From positions 1 to 64,000 of IMG/VR virus record IMGVR_UViG_3300027985_001623: 64,000 nt of DNA; one strand, 5' to 3'. Below the pieces are notes generated by a model. It was not told the DNA's origin and did not search any database. It saw only the letters and a program-made list of their open reading frames with translations. Positions within the stretch are counted from its first letter, which is position 1. Every line of letters starts with the position of its first letter. Of this stretch, positions 8,613 through 17,561 are shown piece after piece. The stretch is from a virus. A program made the translations under genes and the position numbers.

Positions 8613-9247
8613 CGTTTAGCCCTCAAACGCTTGGTCTTTGTCGCGTACGATTCGTAACTCGTGTTCGTCCATTCAAACACGTTGCCCAGCATGTCATGCA
8701 ATCCAAACGCATTGGGGATCTTCTGGCCAACCGGTTGAGTCCGCCCCTGAGCATTAGAAGCGACCCATGCGATGTCTTCTAAAGATTGTGCATCGGTTGC
8801 ATATATTGAATTCTGCGAACCTGCTCGGGCTGCGTATTCCCATTCTTCTTCACTGGGAAGTTTTGCACGCACAACGTGGTTCGAGTGCCGTTCTAGCAAG
8901 ATAGCCTCTAAATTGCGCATAAACGAGTTGCAGTCCACCCAAGACACTGATTCAACGGGACATTCTGTGTCATGCGTAAAAAACGATGGATCGTGCCCCA
9001 TGACTGCCTTGTACAGTGCACGAGTGACGGGCGTTTCGAGCAGCCAAAACCCCTGTTCGATTGTAACTGAATGTGGCAATGATCCGTTTAGGTGCCCTTT
9101 TCCCCCCATCACAAACTCGCCTGGCGGGATGTAGCGCATCGTCACTTTAATGCCGCGAATTGGTAGTCTGCCAAAATAGCCAAAACGGTCTTGGCCAAAT
9201 TCGTCAGCCCAAAACGGGCGTAGTGGAGCTGCCTGCTCTTCGCTCAT
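8609..9247 (-). CDS. FGE-sulfatase (SUMF1/CLec-fold) domain protein, C-terminally truncated
   Basis: IPPGEFVMG, ETPVT, PVESVSW, LPSEEEWEYAARAG, PNAFGLHDMLGNVFEW; lacks RGGSW/GFR. Confidence 0.85.
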   Translation of the reverse strand: MSEEQAAPLRPFWADEFGQDRFGYFGRLPIRGIKVTMRYIPPGEFVMGGKGHLNGSLPHSVTIEQGFWLLETPVTRALYKAVMGHDPSFFTHDTECPVESVSWVDCNSFMRNLEAILLERHSNHVVRAKLPSEEEWEYAARAGSQNSIYATDAQSLEDIAWVASNAQGRTQPVGQKIPNAFGLHDMLGNVFEWTNTSYESYATKTKRLRAKR

Positions 9248-9765
9248 ACGTGTTCCTCAAAGTTTGGCGCCCGCGCACTCGATGGATCGTATGGGACTGA
9301 AAGCGCATCAAAAACCATCCGGCGCATAAAATGGACATCACGGCCTTGATCGGCAAAAAACAAAAGACATGCAGCACCAGACGGGTGCACGCAAAGCAAC
9401 GAAGTTTCGCCGAAAGCTCGATCGAGCCGGCGCACGTTTTGAACGGCGTCCATGATAGCCGTCGTGGCGGCCTCAACAACCTGAAACCCTTCGTGCGCGG
9501 AAGAACCCCATGTATTGAACGCTCCGAGCGCTTCACGGCAAATCGCGTCGGCCGTTTCGTTGTCCATATGCGGGCGAGCAATCGTCAGCGCAACGCGAGA
9601 CTTCGGCTCGTGCCCATGAACGAGCAGGAAAATCAAATGCGCCATGTCCGAGACGTCGATATGCTTGGCCTGCAAATCACGAATCGTCTCCGCAATGATC
9701 CGAGCTCGATCCCCTGGTCCGTACCTGGACACCTGTCGGCGTGGCTTTGCTCCGCGCTTTCGCAT
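9244..9765 (-). CDS. hypothetical protein
   Basis: Tightly coupled ORF. Confidence 0.5.
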   Translation of the reverse strand: MRKRGAKPRRQVSRYGPGDRARIIAETIRDLQAKHIDVSDMAHLIFLLVHGHEPKSRVALTIARPHMDNETADAICREALGAFNTWGSSAHEGFQVVEAATTAIMDAVQNVRRLDRAFGETSLLCVHPSGAACLLFFADQGRDVHFMRRMVFDALSVPYDPSSARAPNFEEHV

Positions 9766-9767
9766 AG

Positions 9768-10112
9768 CTAGGCCCTCAACGCCTCAAGCACTTCTTCTTT
9801 TGTTGTGTCACTTCGAAAGCTAGGCGTGGGCTTACCAGGAATCCAGAGCAACACCCGCGCAGCATCCCACTCATCAAGCCCAAACGTCCCGACACCAGAA
9901 AGTCGACAAGTCCAGCCAGCCACACAACACGGCGCACCACAATCGAGCGCGGGATTGCCCGTACCATCGTAATCGTAGCCCCACTCCCCCTGATCGTACG
10001 TCTCGGGGTGATTCTCGATCTGGTCCGCAACCATGTGTCGTAACGTTTGCGCGTCAACAGCCTCGGTTGGGCGCAAGTGGTGGTAAATAGGGGTTTGCTG
10101 GTCGTCACTCAT
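9768..10112 (-). CDS. conserved phage protein with Cys cluster
   Basis: HPETYDQGEW...CGAPCCVAGW motif. Confidence 0.6.
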   Translation of the reverse strand: MSDDQQTPIYHHLRPTEAVDAQTLRHMVADQIENHPETYDQGEWGYDYDGTGNPALDCGAPCCVAGWTCRLSGVGTFGLDEWDAARVLLWIPGKPTPSFRSDTTKEEVLEALRA

Positions 10113-10455
10113 CTTGTGTATCCTCGTGCTCTAGCGCCTTTGGCGTGGGTTCTTCGTCTTCTTCGTCGTCGAGTTCTTCATCATCGAGCCATTTAACGTG
10201 CTCAAACGAGTCATTGAGGGCGTGCTGCTTAGCCATCTCGCAAATAAACACGGTGGTCTCGTTCGAAATGCTGCCAACTACTCGGCGAACAGTGTTTCCG
10301 TTTTGAAGTTCCGCCAAGAGGATTGCCCCTTTGAGCTCGCCACGTTTTGCTTGCGCGAGCCATTCACGTATCCCGTAAATCACCACTGGGTCTGGTTCAT
10401 TGTTGAGCGGTGCCAGAGTGAGCACTTTCTTCTTAGCGTCTTCGTCGGTGTTCAT
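10105..10455 (-). CDS. hypothetical protein with acidic tail
   Basis: WLAQAKRGELKGAILLA segment resembles the family A N-terminus. Confidence 0.55.
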   Translation of the reverse strand: MNTDEDAKKKVLTLAPLNNEPDPVVIYGIREWLAQAKRGELKGAILLAELQNGNTVRRVVGSISNETTVFICEMAKQHALNDSFEHVKWLDDEELDDEEDEEPTPKALEHEDTQDE

Positions 10456-10651
10456 AATTTGCCAAGCATTTTCCAACTGCTTCAATGTTGTGAGCCAACT
10501 GCGTCAACAAGCGCTTCGCGTCTTCCGGCGAAATAACCGGCGCTAGCTCACTCGCGCGACAATACGTCTCCATGGCGCGCGTTGCTCGTTGAAAAGCTCG
10601 AATATTACACGCTAAGCCCCGAGATACAAGAAGTTCAGCGTCCTTGTTCAT
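10433..10651 (-). CDS. hypothetical protein
   Basis: Operon context. Confidence 0.4.
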   Translation of the reverse strand: MNKDAELLVSRGLACNIRAFQRATRAMETYCRASELAPVISPEDAKRLLTQLAHNIEAVGKCLANYEHRRRR

Positions 10652-10659
10652 GTGTCCCT

Positions 10660-10890
10660 CTACGCTAAAAACAAAAAGCGAAACCCCAAGCCCGGAGACA
10701 TATGGTGCTCATCTCGGTGTTGCACTTGCTCCCCGCAAACAATAAAACGGCGCGCGTCTTGCAGGACAAACCGAAATCCGAGGGCGCTGCCAGTACTTGT
10801 TGCTATGAACGCTTCGCGTGCCGCAACAGAAACACGAATGTTCTGGGCATTGTAAGCTGCCGAGCGGGCTGCGATGTAGTTCGACCGCAT
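10660..10890 (-). CDS. hypothetical protein
   Basis: ATG with GAGG ribosome-binding site; operon context. Confidence 0.35.
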   Translation of the reverse strand: MRSNYIAARSAAYNAQNIRVSVAAREAFIATSTGSALGFRFVLQDARRFIVCGEQVQHRDEHHMSPGLGFRFLFLA

Positions 10891-10904
10891 ATCAACCTCT
10901 TAGG

Positions 10905-12644
10905 TCAGGAAACAAGGCGCCCGCTTTCAACTTTGCGCCATTGTGCTTGGTTGGCGACCAACAAAGTCGCCAACTCTTCGCGGTGCGTTATGACCACGAC
11001 GCACCGTTGTTTTCCAAGCTCGGCGATGACGCCGACAACGGCGGCGCAGAGCGTCAGATCCAGCGTGTCAAAAACCTCGTCAATAAAAAGCGTCCCCGGC
11101 TCCTTACCTGCTGCGGCGGCAGCAACATCTGAAAGCGCGAGCAAGAGCATCACGTCAACGCTCCGCCGTTCTCCGCCGGACGTGGCTTTGTACCCGTACC
11201 CGCCCCCCGCCCCTTGCACCGTGATGGAAATTTCGGAGTTGGTGTTGCCGTCTTTTAGTTTTGTGTACGGAAGCACCTCGACCGTGATTGGCGAGTTCAT
11301 TTGCGCCAAAAAAGCGTTTGTGAGTTGCGTTGCCGCATCGAGAGCATGACTCAAAACCGAGACGCGAACACCTTGCAAGCCGAGCACTTTCTCGCAAGTG
11401 GCCAACTCAGCTAGCACAATGCTTTGCGCGGCGAGAGCTTCTTCGTGGTCCAAGATTTCCATTTTGAATTCGAAAATCTGGTTCTTCACGATTTCGCGCT
11501 TCGCGGTCCACGCGGCCAAAAGAGTTTGGTATTGAGCCTCAGCCGCGGCCTGAGATTGCGCGTGCTGTTCGAGGGAGATCTCGTAAGCGCGCAACCTCGC
11601 CTCGTCACCTTGCAGAGTTCGAGCTTGATACTCCAAGTCCCTCAGTGACGCGGTGACCTTGGCGACGGTACTGCGCGTAAGCGCGTTTGCGAGTTCGGCC
11701 GCTCGCGAGAGCTGATTCACCTTGTCGTCGGCTTCCTGCAAAGCCGTCTCCGCTGCACCAAGCGCAGCTCGTGCATCAACTTCACTTACCGGATACGGCT
11801 GCTCGCAAGTTGGGCACTTGCCGGCAAGCACCCGTTGGAGTTCTTTTCTCGCCGCGTCAAACTCAGCGCGCCGTGTGCTGGCTTCGGAGATGTGTTCCCG
11901 TGGCACCTCGACCAGCGCTTGAGTCGAGAGCTCCGACAACTCGTGCTTGTGCTTCTCGATTTGCTGGTTCAGGTACGCAGTTTTCGCGTCCAACTGTGGA
12001 TCGACGTCGGGCTTGGTCGGTGCTGCGAGCACGGGGGGCTTGGGCTCCATGCTTTCTGCCAACGAACGCTCTTCGCTGGCCAACTTGTGGCGAGCCAGCG
12101 TCAGCGCTTGCGCGAGGCGAGCGTGCTCCACTTTTTCTGCCGCAATTCGCTTGCGGCAGTGGCTGAGCGCGATATCAAAACGATCGATTCCCAAGATTTT
12201 TTGGATGAGCGCTTTTCGCTGGCTGTCCGTCGCCGACGTAAAGTGGGCTGCGTCGGCAGAGGAAAAAACATGAGTTCGCCGCCAAACGTCGTGGCTGCCA
12301 AAGATCTCGGTTATTTTTTGTGCAGATTTTGTAGGGGTGTCCCCTTTGATCGCGCTCGACTCCCCGGCCGGTAGCCAGGCGATCTTTTTTGTACCCTTGG
12401 CGGACTGGCTTCGCGTAATTTGGCCAAGGTCGGTGTCGACTTTGAGGCACCCGGCTTCGTTCAAACGCCAGGGCGGCGTCTCGCGAAGCGTGCTGCCCGA
12501 CATTGCGTAGCTTGCTGCTTCGACGAACGTGGATTTTCCGGATCCCGTGAGTCCCGTGAGCACGACAACGCCAGTTTCGGGGAGGTCGAGCGTCGAGTTG
12601 TCATGGAGCATGAACGACTCAAGGGCAATTTTACGAATCTTCAT
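10905..12644 (-). CDS. sbcC: SbcC/Rad50 (gp46-like) ABC ATPase
   Basis: Walker A GLTGSGKST, coiled coil with CPTC zinc hook, SGGE signature, FIDEVFD Walker B, ITH. Confidence 0.92.
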   Translation of the reverse strand: MKIRKIALESFMLHDNSTLDLPETGVVVLTGLTGSGKSTFVEAASYAMSGSTLRETPPWRLNEAGCLKVDTDLGQITRSQSAKGTKKIAWLPAGESSAIKGDTPTKSAQKITEIFGSHDVWRRTHVFSSADAAHFTSATDSQRKALIQKILGIDRFDIALSHCRKRIAAEKVEHARLAQALTLARHKLASEERSLAESMEPKPPVLAAPTKPDVDPQLDAKTAYLNQQIEKHKHELSELSTQALVEVPREHISEASTRRAEFDAARKELQRVLAGKCPTCEQPYPVSEVDARAALGAAETALQEADDKVNQLSRAAELANALTRSTVAKVTASLRDLEYQARTLQGDEARLRAYEISLEQHAQSQAAAEAQYQTLLAAWTAKREIVKNQIFEFKMEILDHEEALAAQSIVLAELATCEKVLGLQGVRVSVLSHALDAATQLTNAFLAQMNSPITVEVLPYTKLKDGNTNSEISITVQGAGGGYGYKATSGGERRSVDVMLLLALSDVAAAAAGKEPGTLFIDEVFDTLDLTLCAAVVGVIAELGKQRCVVVITHREELATLLVANQAQWRKVESGRLVS

Positions 12645-13815
12645 CGATTACCTCGCTACTCAAAGCCAAAAAGTCGGATGTCAGCGCGTGCACGCGCGTC
12701 TGAGTGACGTTTGCGGGCAGTGTGAGCTGCTGAATATAGCTGTCGAGCGCTTCGTGAAGCGTTCGAGCGCTCGTCGCTACTCGGGCCCCAGCTTGCGCCG
12801 AAGCTCGGATCTCCTTGAAATCTTCGTCGACGCGCCACTGGCAAATCTCCCCAGATTTCTGCGCCTCGGTCAGCAAGCGCGTCGCTTCGGCCCCGTCCCC
12901 CGCCGCGCATTTCCAGCGAACGTGCAATCGCTGCTCCTCGTGGTTGAAGAGCAACGCATCGAGTTCGGCCCGGCTTTTGACGTCCACGAATCGCGGGCCG
13001 GGGATCTCCTGAATCGAGACCGCGCCATCGTTATAGATGGCCAAACCGCCGTATCCAACGAGCCCGGGGTTATCCCAGCCCGTGGGCGCGAGCGTGCCAA
13101 CTTGGACAATCGCCACTTCGGATCCGCGGGGGATCAGCGCTGTCGAAGGGGTGGCCGATGTTCGCGGAGAAAAGGCCCAGCTTTGCTGGTGGTGCCAATT
13201 ACCCGCGAACACGTGGGTGATTCCGTGTTCGACGCAAAGTTGGCCGAGCAGCTCGACGTCAATAGCGTCTTCCGCTGCGGCGGCCCACGGATTCAGGCGA
13301 GCGACGTCGTCGCGAATCCCCATGTGCACAAACAAAACAGTTCGTGCGGCCCGCTTGTCTATTGCCAACCCAGCAAGCACCTCTGGAAGCCACTCGGAAC
13401 TTGGCCCGTCTTGGAATGGTACGATGACAAATTGGTCGCTTGCCGAGACGAAGAGTGCTTCAGGTTTCTCAAAAACACGTGCGTGCGCCAAGTAGCGCAC
13501 CCAACCGACCGCGTTATCCCCTGGAACGCCGGATACCCGGTCGTGGTTGCCTAGCAACACGAAAACGCGAAACTCTGGGCCAGCGTTAAACGCTTCGGCC
13601 ACCGCGGCAATCATTTGGGGGGTCGGTTTCTCGTCGTCAAACAGGTCGCCGCAAATGACCAGGACGGTGCACCCCTGAGCCCGCGCCGTTTGAGCTGCGC
13701 GGCTAATTGTATCGACGACTGCGCGACAACGCGCGTTCATGCCAATAACATAGGCGCCACCATTGGAGCCTTGGTGGTTACCTGCATGGGGGTCTGTAAT
13801 TACGCCAAAAATCAT
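12631..13815 (-). CDS. sbcD: SbcD/Mre11 (gp47-like) metallophosphoesterase nuclease
   Basis: DPH, GDLFD, GNHD, GNWH; adjacent to SbcC. Confidence 0.9.
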   Translation of the reverse strand: MIFGVITDPHAGNHQGSNGGAYVIGMNARCRAVVDTISRAAQTARAQGCTVLVICGDLFDDEKPTPQMIAAVAEAFNAGPEFRVFVLLGNHDRVSGVPGDNAVGWVRYLAHARVFEKPEALFVSASDQFVIVPFQDGPSSEWLPEVLAGLAIDKRAARTVLFVHMGIRDDVARLNPWAAAAEDAIDVELLGQLCVEHGITHVFAGNWHHQQSWAFSPRTSATPSTALIPRGSEVAIVQVGTLAPTGWDNPGLVGYGGLAIYNDGAVSIQEIPGPRFVDVKSRAELDALLFNHEEQRLHVRWKCAAGDGAEATRLLTEAQKSGEICQWRVDEDFKEIRASAQAGARVATSARTLHEALDSYIQQLTLPANVTQTRVHALTSDFLALSSEVIDEDS

Positions 13816-13818
13816 GGT

Positions 13819-14001
13819 TCAACTCGGTTTTCGCCACTCGAAAATTTTATGATGGCAGCTCAAGCACGTGATCGATTGGTAGTAGCACCCCGCGCTGTTC
13901 GAGGACTGGTCGACCTGCACTTGTTTGGGCGTAAGTGGTCCACACTTTGAGCACACCAACTCCACCTCCTGAAGCAACCGTTGCAACCCCATCGGGCTCA
14001 C
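13819..14001 (-). CDS. small zinc-ribbon protein
   Basis: CSKC...CLSC; GTGA overlap with upstream stop. Confidence 0.5.
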   Translation of the reverse strand: MSPMGLQRLLQEVELVCSKCGPLTPKQVQVDQSSNSAGCYYQSITCLSCHHKIFEWRKPS

Positions 14002-14204
14002 CGGCTCTCCCAAAGTACAGCGTCCGAACGAAGACAAACGAATGTCTCGCCTCGAATCGGCACTCCGCCGCCGGCCCGGCACTCTGATTCGCGGTAGTTC
14101 GAAGCCGCTCGCACGGCGCAATCCTGCGAGGACAGAACGACCAGAACGGACAACGTGACCCCCGCAGCCACCCGCCTAAATTTTTGAGTTGATGACATCC
14201 TCAC
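13998..14204 (-). CDS. small membrane/secreted protein
   Basis: Basic N-terminus, hydrophobic helix, Cys residues (ECRAGGG...FVCL). Confidence 0.45.
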   Translation of the reverse strand: MRMSSTQKFRRVAAGVTLSVLVVLSSQDCAVRAASNYRESECRAGGGVPIRGETFVCLRSDAVLWESR

Positions 14205-16125
14205 CCATAGCTTTAGCCACTTCGGCGGAAATCAAGCGAAAAATGTCGGGGTTGTCATCGAGGAACTTGTAAGAACTCGCGTACCCCTGCGCGAGTCTCG
14301 TTCCGTTGAACAAGTACGAGCTTCCCGACTGCGCAATAACCCCGAGCGTCACCGCCGCGTTGATGAGGTCGCCGGACGAGTTGATGCCCCGCCCCCAAAG
14401 AATTTCGATGTGCGCGGTTTTGAACGGTGGTGCACACTTGTTTTTTACCACCTTGATTTCGACATCGTTCCCGTAGGCTTCCCCGTCTTTGCCCATGATC
14501 TGTTTTCGACGCCGGATATCGATGCGAAGCGACGCGTAATATTTGAGCGCGTTACCGCCGGTCGTAACCTCCGGGGAGCCAAAGAGAACACCAATTTTGC
14601 TGCGAAGTTGGTTGATAAAAATTATGGTGCTCGCATTTCGTTCCGCAACTGCCGTTAGCACGCGACATGCTTGGCTCATCAAACGCGCGTGTTTGCCCAT
14701 CGTGGCGTCGCCGATTTCGCCCTCCAATTCTGACTTCGGAACCAGCGCAGCGACTGAGTCAACGATAATGAGTGGCGTCCCAGCACTCGCCAGTTCCTTC
14801 ACGACTTCAAACGCCTGCTCACCGTAGTCCGGTTGGCTCACCAATAGTTTGTCGTCAGCTGTCTGCACGCCAAGTGCAGTGGCGTATCGCATATCGAGCG
14901 CATGTTCAGCGTCAATCATCGCGCAAAAATGCCCAAGCTTTTGCGCTTCTGCAATTGCGTGAAGCGTCAACGTTGTCTTCCCTGAGTTGTGCGTTACAAA
15001 GTCCTGCACAACGTAGTTATGATACGGGGACGCCATTTTTAGGTCGTAAACCGCAGTCGGACCAGCCGGCTCAATGGACAAGATCGCAGTCGGTGTGGCC
15101 ATGAACCGCAAATTATTGTGTCTTTCAAAGGCGTGTTGCCGCCCGTGCTCGCTGGCCGAAAGCACGACAAGGTTTTCGATACTGTCGTTGAGCACGTTTT
15201 CATCGATGTGGTGCACGTGCTCGTCAGAGCGCAAAAATCGTAGCCCCTCCAAGTTTGGCACGTTGAGTCGCGCCACGTAATCATCAAACGACAACCCGTT
15301 CAAACTCGCTTCCACGACAGCACGAGCTCTCGCTAAGCGATAATATGCGTAGTCCCGCGTTTCTCCAGTCGTACGATTCGCGATAGCGCGCACAACCTTA
15401 ACGCCGGCGACTCCATGGCCACGCACATAGATGAACTGCCTGTCCGTTTTACGAGAGTACTCGCACGTGAATGGCGTTTTTGTGTGCACGTAGACCGTGT
15501 CGCCAATACGCAGCCCAGAAACAGGAACGTACGAGCCTCCAGTGAAAAGTTTGTGCTCAGCAGTGGCGACGAGCTCGCGTCCGCAAATAGTCGTGATACG
15601 GAAAGTTTCACGCGTGCCAACATGAAACACGTCTTCTATACGGTTGTGCAAAATACGCCCCTCCTCGTTGATGGAAGGCGCGGTGAACGTTATATTATCC
15701 GGTTGCCGCCTAGACTTCCCTCGTGCGTCACCATCAGGGGCAACGTTGTGAAACCGCTCCCACAAGCGTTTAATCGTTCCACCTTTATGGTTGATTCGTT
15801 TTCCATCTTCGGTCCACACGGTGAAGTTCACAACCGAGCCCCCCACCACGCAAGATTCAGGACCGTAAATTTCAATAATTCGCCCACGGGGGTACCCGCC
15901 AACGCCAATTGCATGGTCAAGCGACACGGACCCAGTTGGGATCACCCCGTGCTTCGCGGCTCCGTGAACAGCCCCGCCGGTGAACGACATCAATACACTG
16001 CCGCCGTACGTTTTCCGTAGCTTAGCAACCGCAGCCTTTTGCTCTTCGAGCCGGCTGGTCACGATGTCAATCAACGTTGGCGGTTTCTTGTCGCTTTTTT
16101 TCTTGTCTTTTTTTGCTTTTGCCAT
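14176..16125 (-). CDS. recA: RecA recombinase with intein
   Basis: IPTGSVSLD, GGYPRGRIIEIYGPES|SGKTT, IDAEHALD, VDSVAAL, FINQLR, GGNALKYYAS, KVVKNK. Confidence 0.96.
   Translation of the reverse strand: MAKAKKDKKKSDKKPPTLIDIVTSRLEEQKAAVAKLRKTYGGSVLMSFTGGAVHGAAKHGVIPTGSVSLDHAIGVGGYPRGRIIEIYGPESCVVGGSVVNFTVWTEDGKRINHKGGTIKRLWERFHNVAPDGDARGKSRRQPDNITFTAPSINEEGRILHNRIEDVFHVGTRETFRITTICGRELVATAEHKLFTGGSYVPVSGLRIGDTVYVHTKTPFTCEYSRKTDRQFIYVRGHGVAGVKVVRAIANRTTGETRDYAYYRLARARAVVEASLNGLSFDDYVARLNVPNLEGLRFLRSDEHVHHIDENVLNDSIENLVVLSASEHGRQHAFERHNNLRFMATPTAILSIEPAGPTAVYDLKMASPYHNYVVQDFVTHNSGKTTLTLHAIAEAQKLGHFCAMIDAEHALDMRYATALGVQTADDKLLVSQPDYGEQAFEVVKELASAGTPLIIVDSVAALVPKSELEGEIGDATMGKHARLMSQACRVLTAVAERNASTIIFINQLRSKIGVLFGSPEVTTGGNALKYYASLRIDIRRRKQIMGKDGEAYGNDVEIKVVKNKCAPPFKTAHIEILWGRGINSSGDLINAAVTLGVIAQSGSSYLFNGTRLAQGYASSYKFLDDNPDIFRLISAEVAKAMGEDVINSKI
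14986..15852 (-). mobile_element. intein (289 aa) with HNH homing endonuclease, inserted in the RecA Walker A loop
   Basis: Starts C (CVVGG), block B TAEHKLF, ends VTHN with +1 Ser; HNH motif HVHHIDENVLNDSIENL...EHGRQH. Confidence 0.93.
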
Positions 16126-16140
16126 AAAGTCTCCAACACG

Positions 16141-16183
16141 AAAAAGCGCACCTCCTTTCAATGACGAAAGGGGGGGGTGCGCT
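16141..16183 (-). terminator. intrinsic terminator between SSB and recA
   Basis: agcgcacc...gaaaggaggtgcgct hairpin followed by a T tract on the minus strand. Confidence 0.6.
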
Positions 16184-16210
16184 CTGCTCATTACGTGACG
16201 CCCAAGTTGA

Positions 16211-17059
16211 CTAGAGGTCTTCGTCGGAGAACGTGGTCACGGCCGCGGCGTTGATAATTTGCGTCTCGACAACAGCCGCTTGCGATCCAGGTCGTGCGAA
16301 CCGCCCCCCAACCGCTGGACTGCCGAACGTCTGCCCACCGATAGCTTGCGCCCGTTGGATCCCCGCGAGTGGGTTAGCTTCGCGGCTAGCAAACGCGTGC
16401 ATAATCGCATCAGGAATAGTCGTGTCGACTTGCGCTTCGAGGTCGTGCTTGCCCGCAAGAATCGCTTGGATTTCGTCCTCGGTCGCCGCCAATGGGCGCG
16501 CTTCCACATCCACCGTGGTCGAGTAGTCCGTATCGGTCGGCCCCGTACCCGTACGAATCACAATCAAATCTCGGCCTTCTGGGCCAGTCCGGGTAAAATC
16601 CCCGCCCAACCGGTTGTTTTTCAAGATCCCCTTGATCGGCGCCCAGATTTTCGGACCGAAGGCGATGATGACATTCCTGGATTCAAGGTAGGACCACGCG
16701 TTCGCGAACACGCGCGTCTTGACCGCAATGTCTTTGGCACGATTCTTATCCGCGGGTCTGCCGGTTCGGATGAGCTCGTTGATTTTTGCGCACACGGGGC
16801 AGGGCGAACCGTGCGTGCGGCGGTCCACTCGGGGACAGGCAAACACGATGGTTTTGTCCGGCGCTGACGGCAAGTTTTTGATGTAGTGCAATCCAGTCAC
16901 CCGGAAAGGTGACACTTCGTCCCCAGTTGCTGGGAGGACGCGAACAACGTTTTCGCCCACCTCCCATTTCATGATGACATCGCCGGACATGGCGGCGACT
17001 TCTGCTGCTTGGCGATCGATTTCGTCGAGTTGGATCGGGTTGACTTTGATGATTGACAT
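16211..17059 (-). CDS. gp32-like single-stranded DNA-binding protein
   Basis: GENVVRVLP, HY...CP...CPVC, GRDLIVIRTGTG..TDY, acidic C-terminus DEDL; between UvsY and RecA. Confidence 0.8.
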   Translation of the reverse strand: MSIIKVNPIQLDEIDRQAAEVAAMSGDVIMKWEVGENVVRVLPATGDEVSPFRVTGLHYIKNLPSAPDKTIVFACPRVDRRTHGSPCPVCAKINELIRTGRPADKNRAKDIAVKTRVFANAWSYLESRNVIIAFGPKIWAPIKGILKNNRLGGDFTRTGPEGRDLIVIRTGTGPTDTDYSTTVDVEARPLAATEDEIQAILAGKHDLEAQVDTTIPDAIMHAFASREANPLAGIQRAQAIGGQTFGSPAVGGRFARPGSQAAVVETQIINAAAVTTFSDEDL

Positions 17060-17126
17060 ATTGTCCTTTTGCGGTGCTCAAAACCCTGCTTGCGCAGGCA
17101 AACGAGTGTGTTGCGGACTTCGTGAG

Positions 17127-17561
17127 CTAGGTCTGTGAATCGGAACTGGTCCGGATGAATGGATCGGCTTGCATCTCAGCGCGCATTTGGGCGCCGTACG
17201 AAACAAGCATGTCCTTTTTCGCCCGAATTGCATCGATGATACCAGCCAACCGGATTTTTTCATACTCCAGATTGATCTCGTCGATCAACGATTGTTGGTA
17301 ATCCGGATCGGACTGGACCGCCGAATCGACCTCAGGAATAGTGACTTTGCGCCCCGCGTCTTCCAGTTGAGCCCGGAAGGCGATCTTCAAGTGGCCCTCC
17401 AAATTTTTGGACGCCAGCTTTCCAAGGTTGGCTTCGCGCACTGCCTCAGCGTGTGCGGCGTGGTAGTACGCCAGATCAGCAGAGAGGCGAATAAACTCGC
17501 CATTGATGTTTTCGCCGTCAATGCTGACGGCCTCATTGTAGTTTGGTTCTGGTAAGTTCAT
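17127..17561 (-). CDS. UvsY-like recombination mediator
   Basis: Helical protein, KVT..EVDSAVQSDPDY...KKDML...R.EM pattern; synteny. Confidence 0.7.
   Translation of the reverse strand: MNLPEPNYNEAVSIDGENINGEFIRLSADLAYYHAAHAEAVREANLGKLASKNLEGHLKIAFRAQLEDAGRKVTIPEVDSAVQSDPDYQQSLIDEINLEYEKIRLAGIIDAIRAKKDMLVSYGAQMRAEMQADPFIRTSSDSQT

Noticed and set aside
8609-9247. Diversity-generating retroelement targeting the FGE/CLec protein
   Set aside because: No reverse transcriptase and no TR/VR repeat pair seen, and the region that would be the VR is missing.
12529-13554. Long plus-strand ORFs such as this 341-aa one
   Set aside because: Antisense to well-supported genes, with no motifs; expected in GC-rich DNA.
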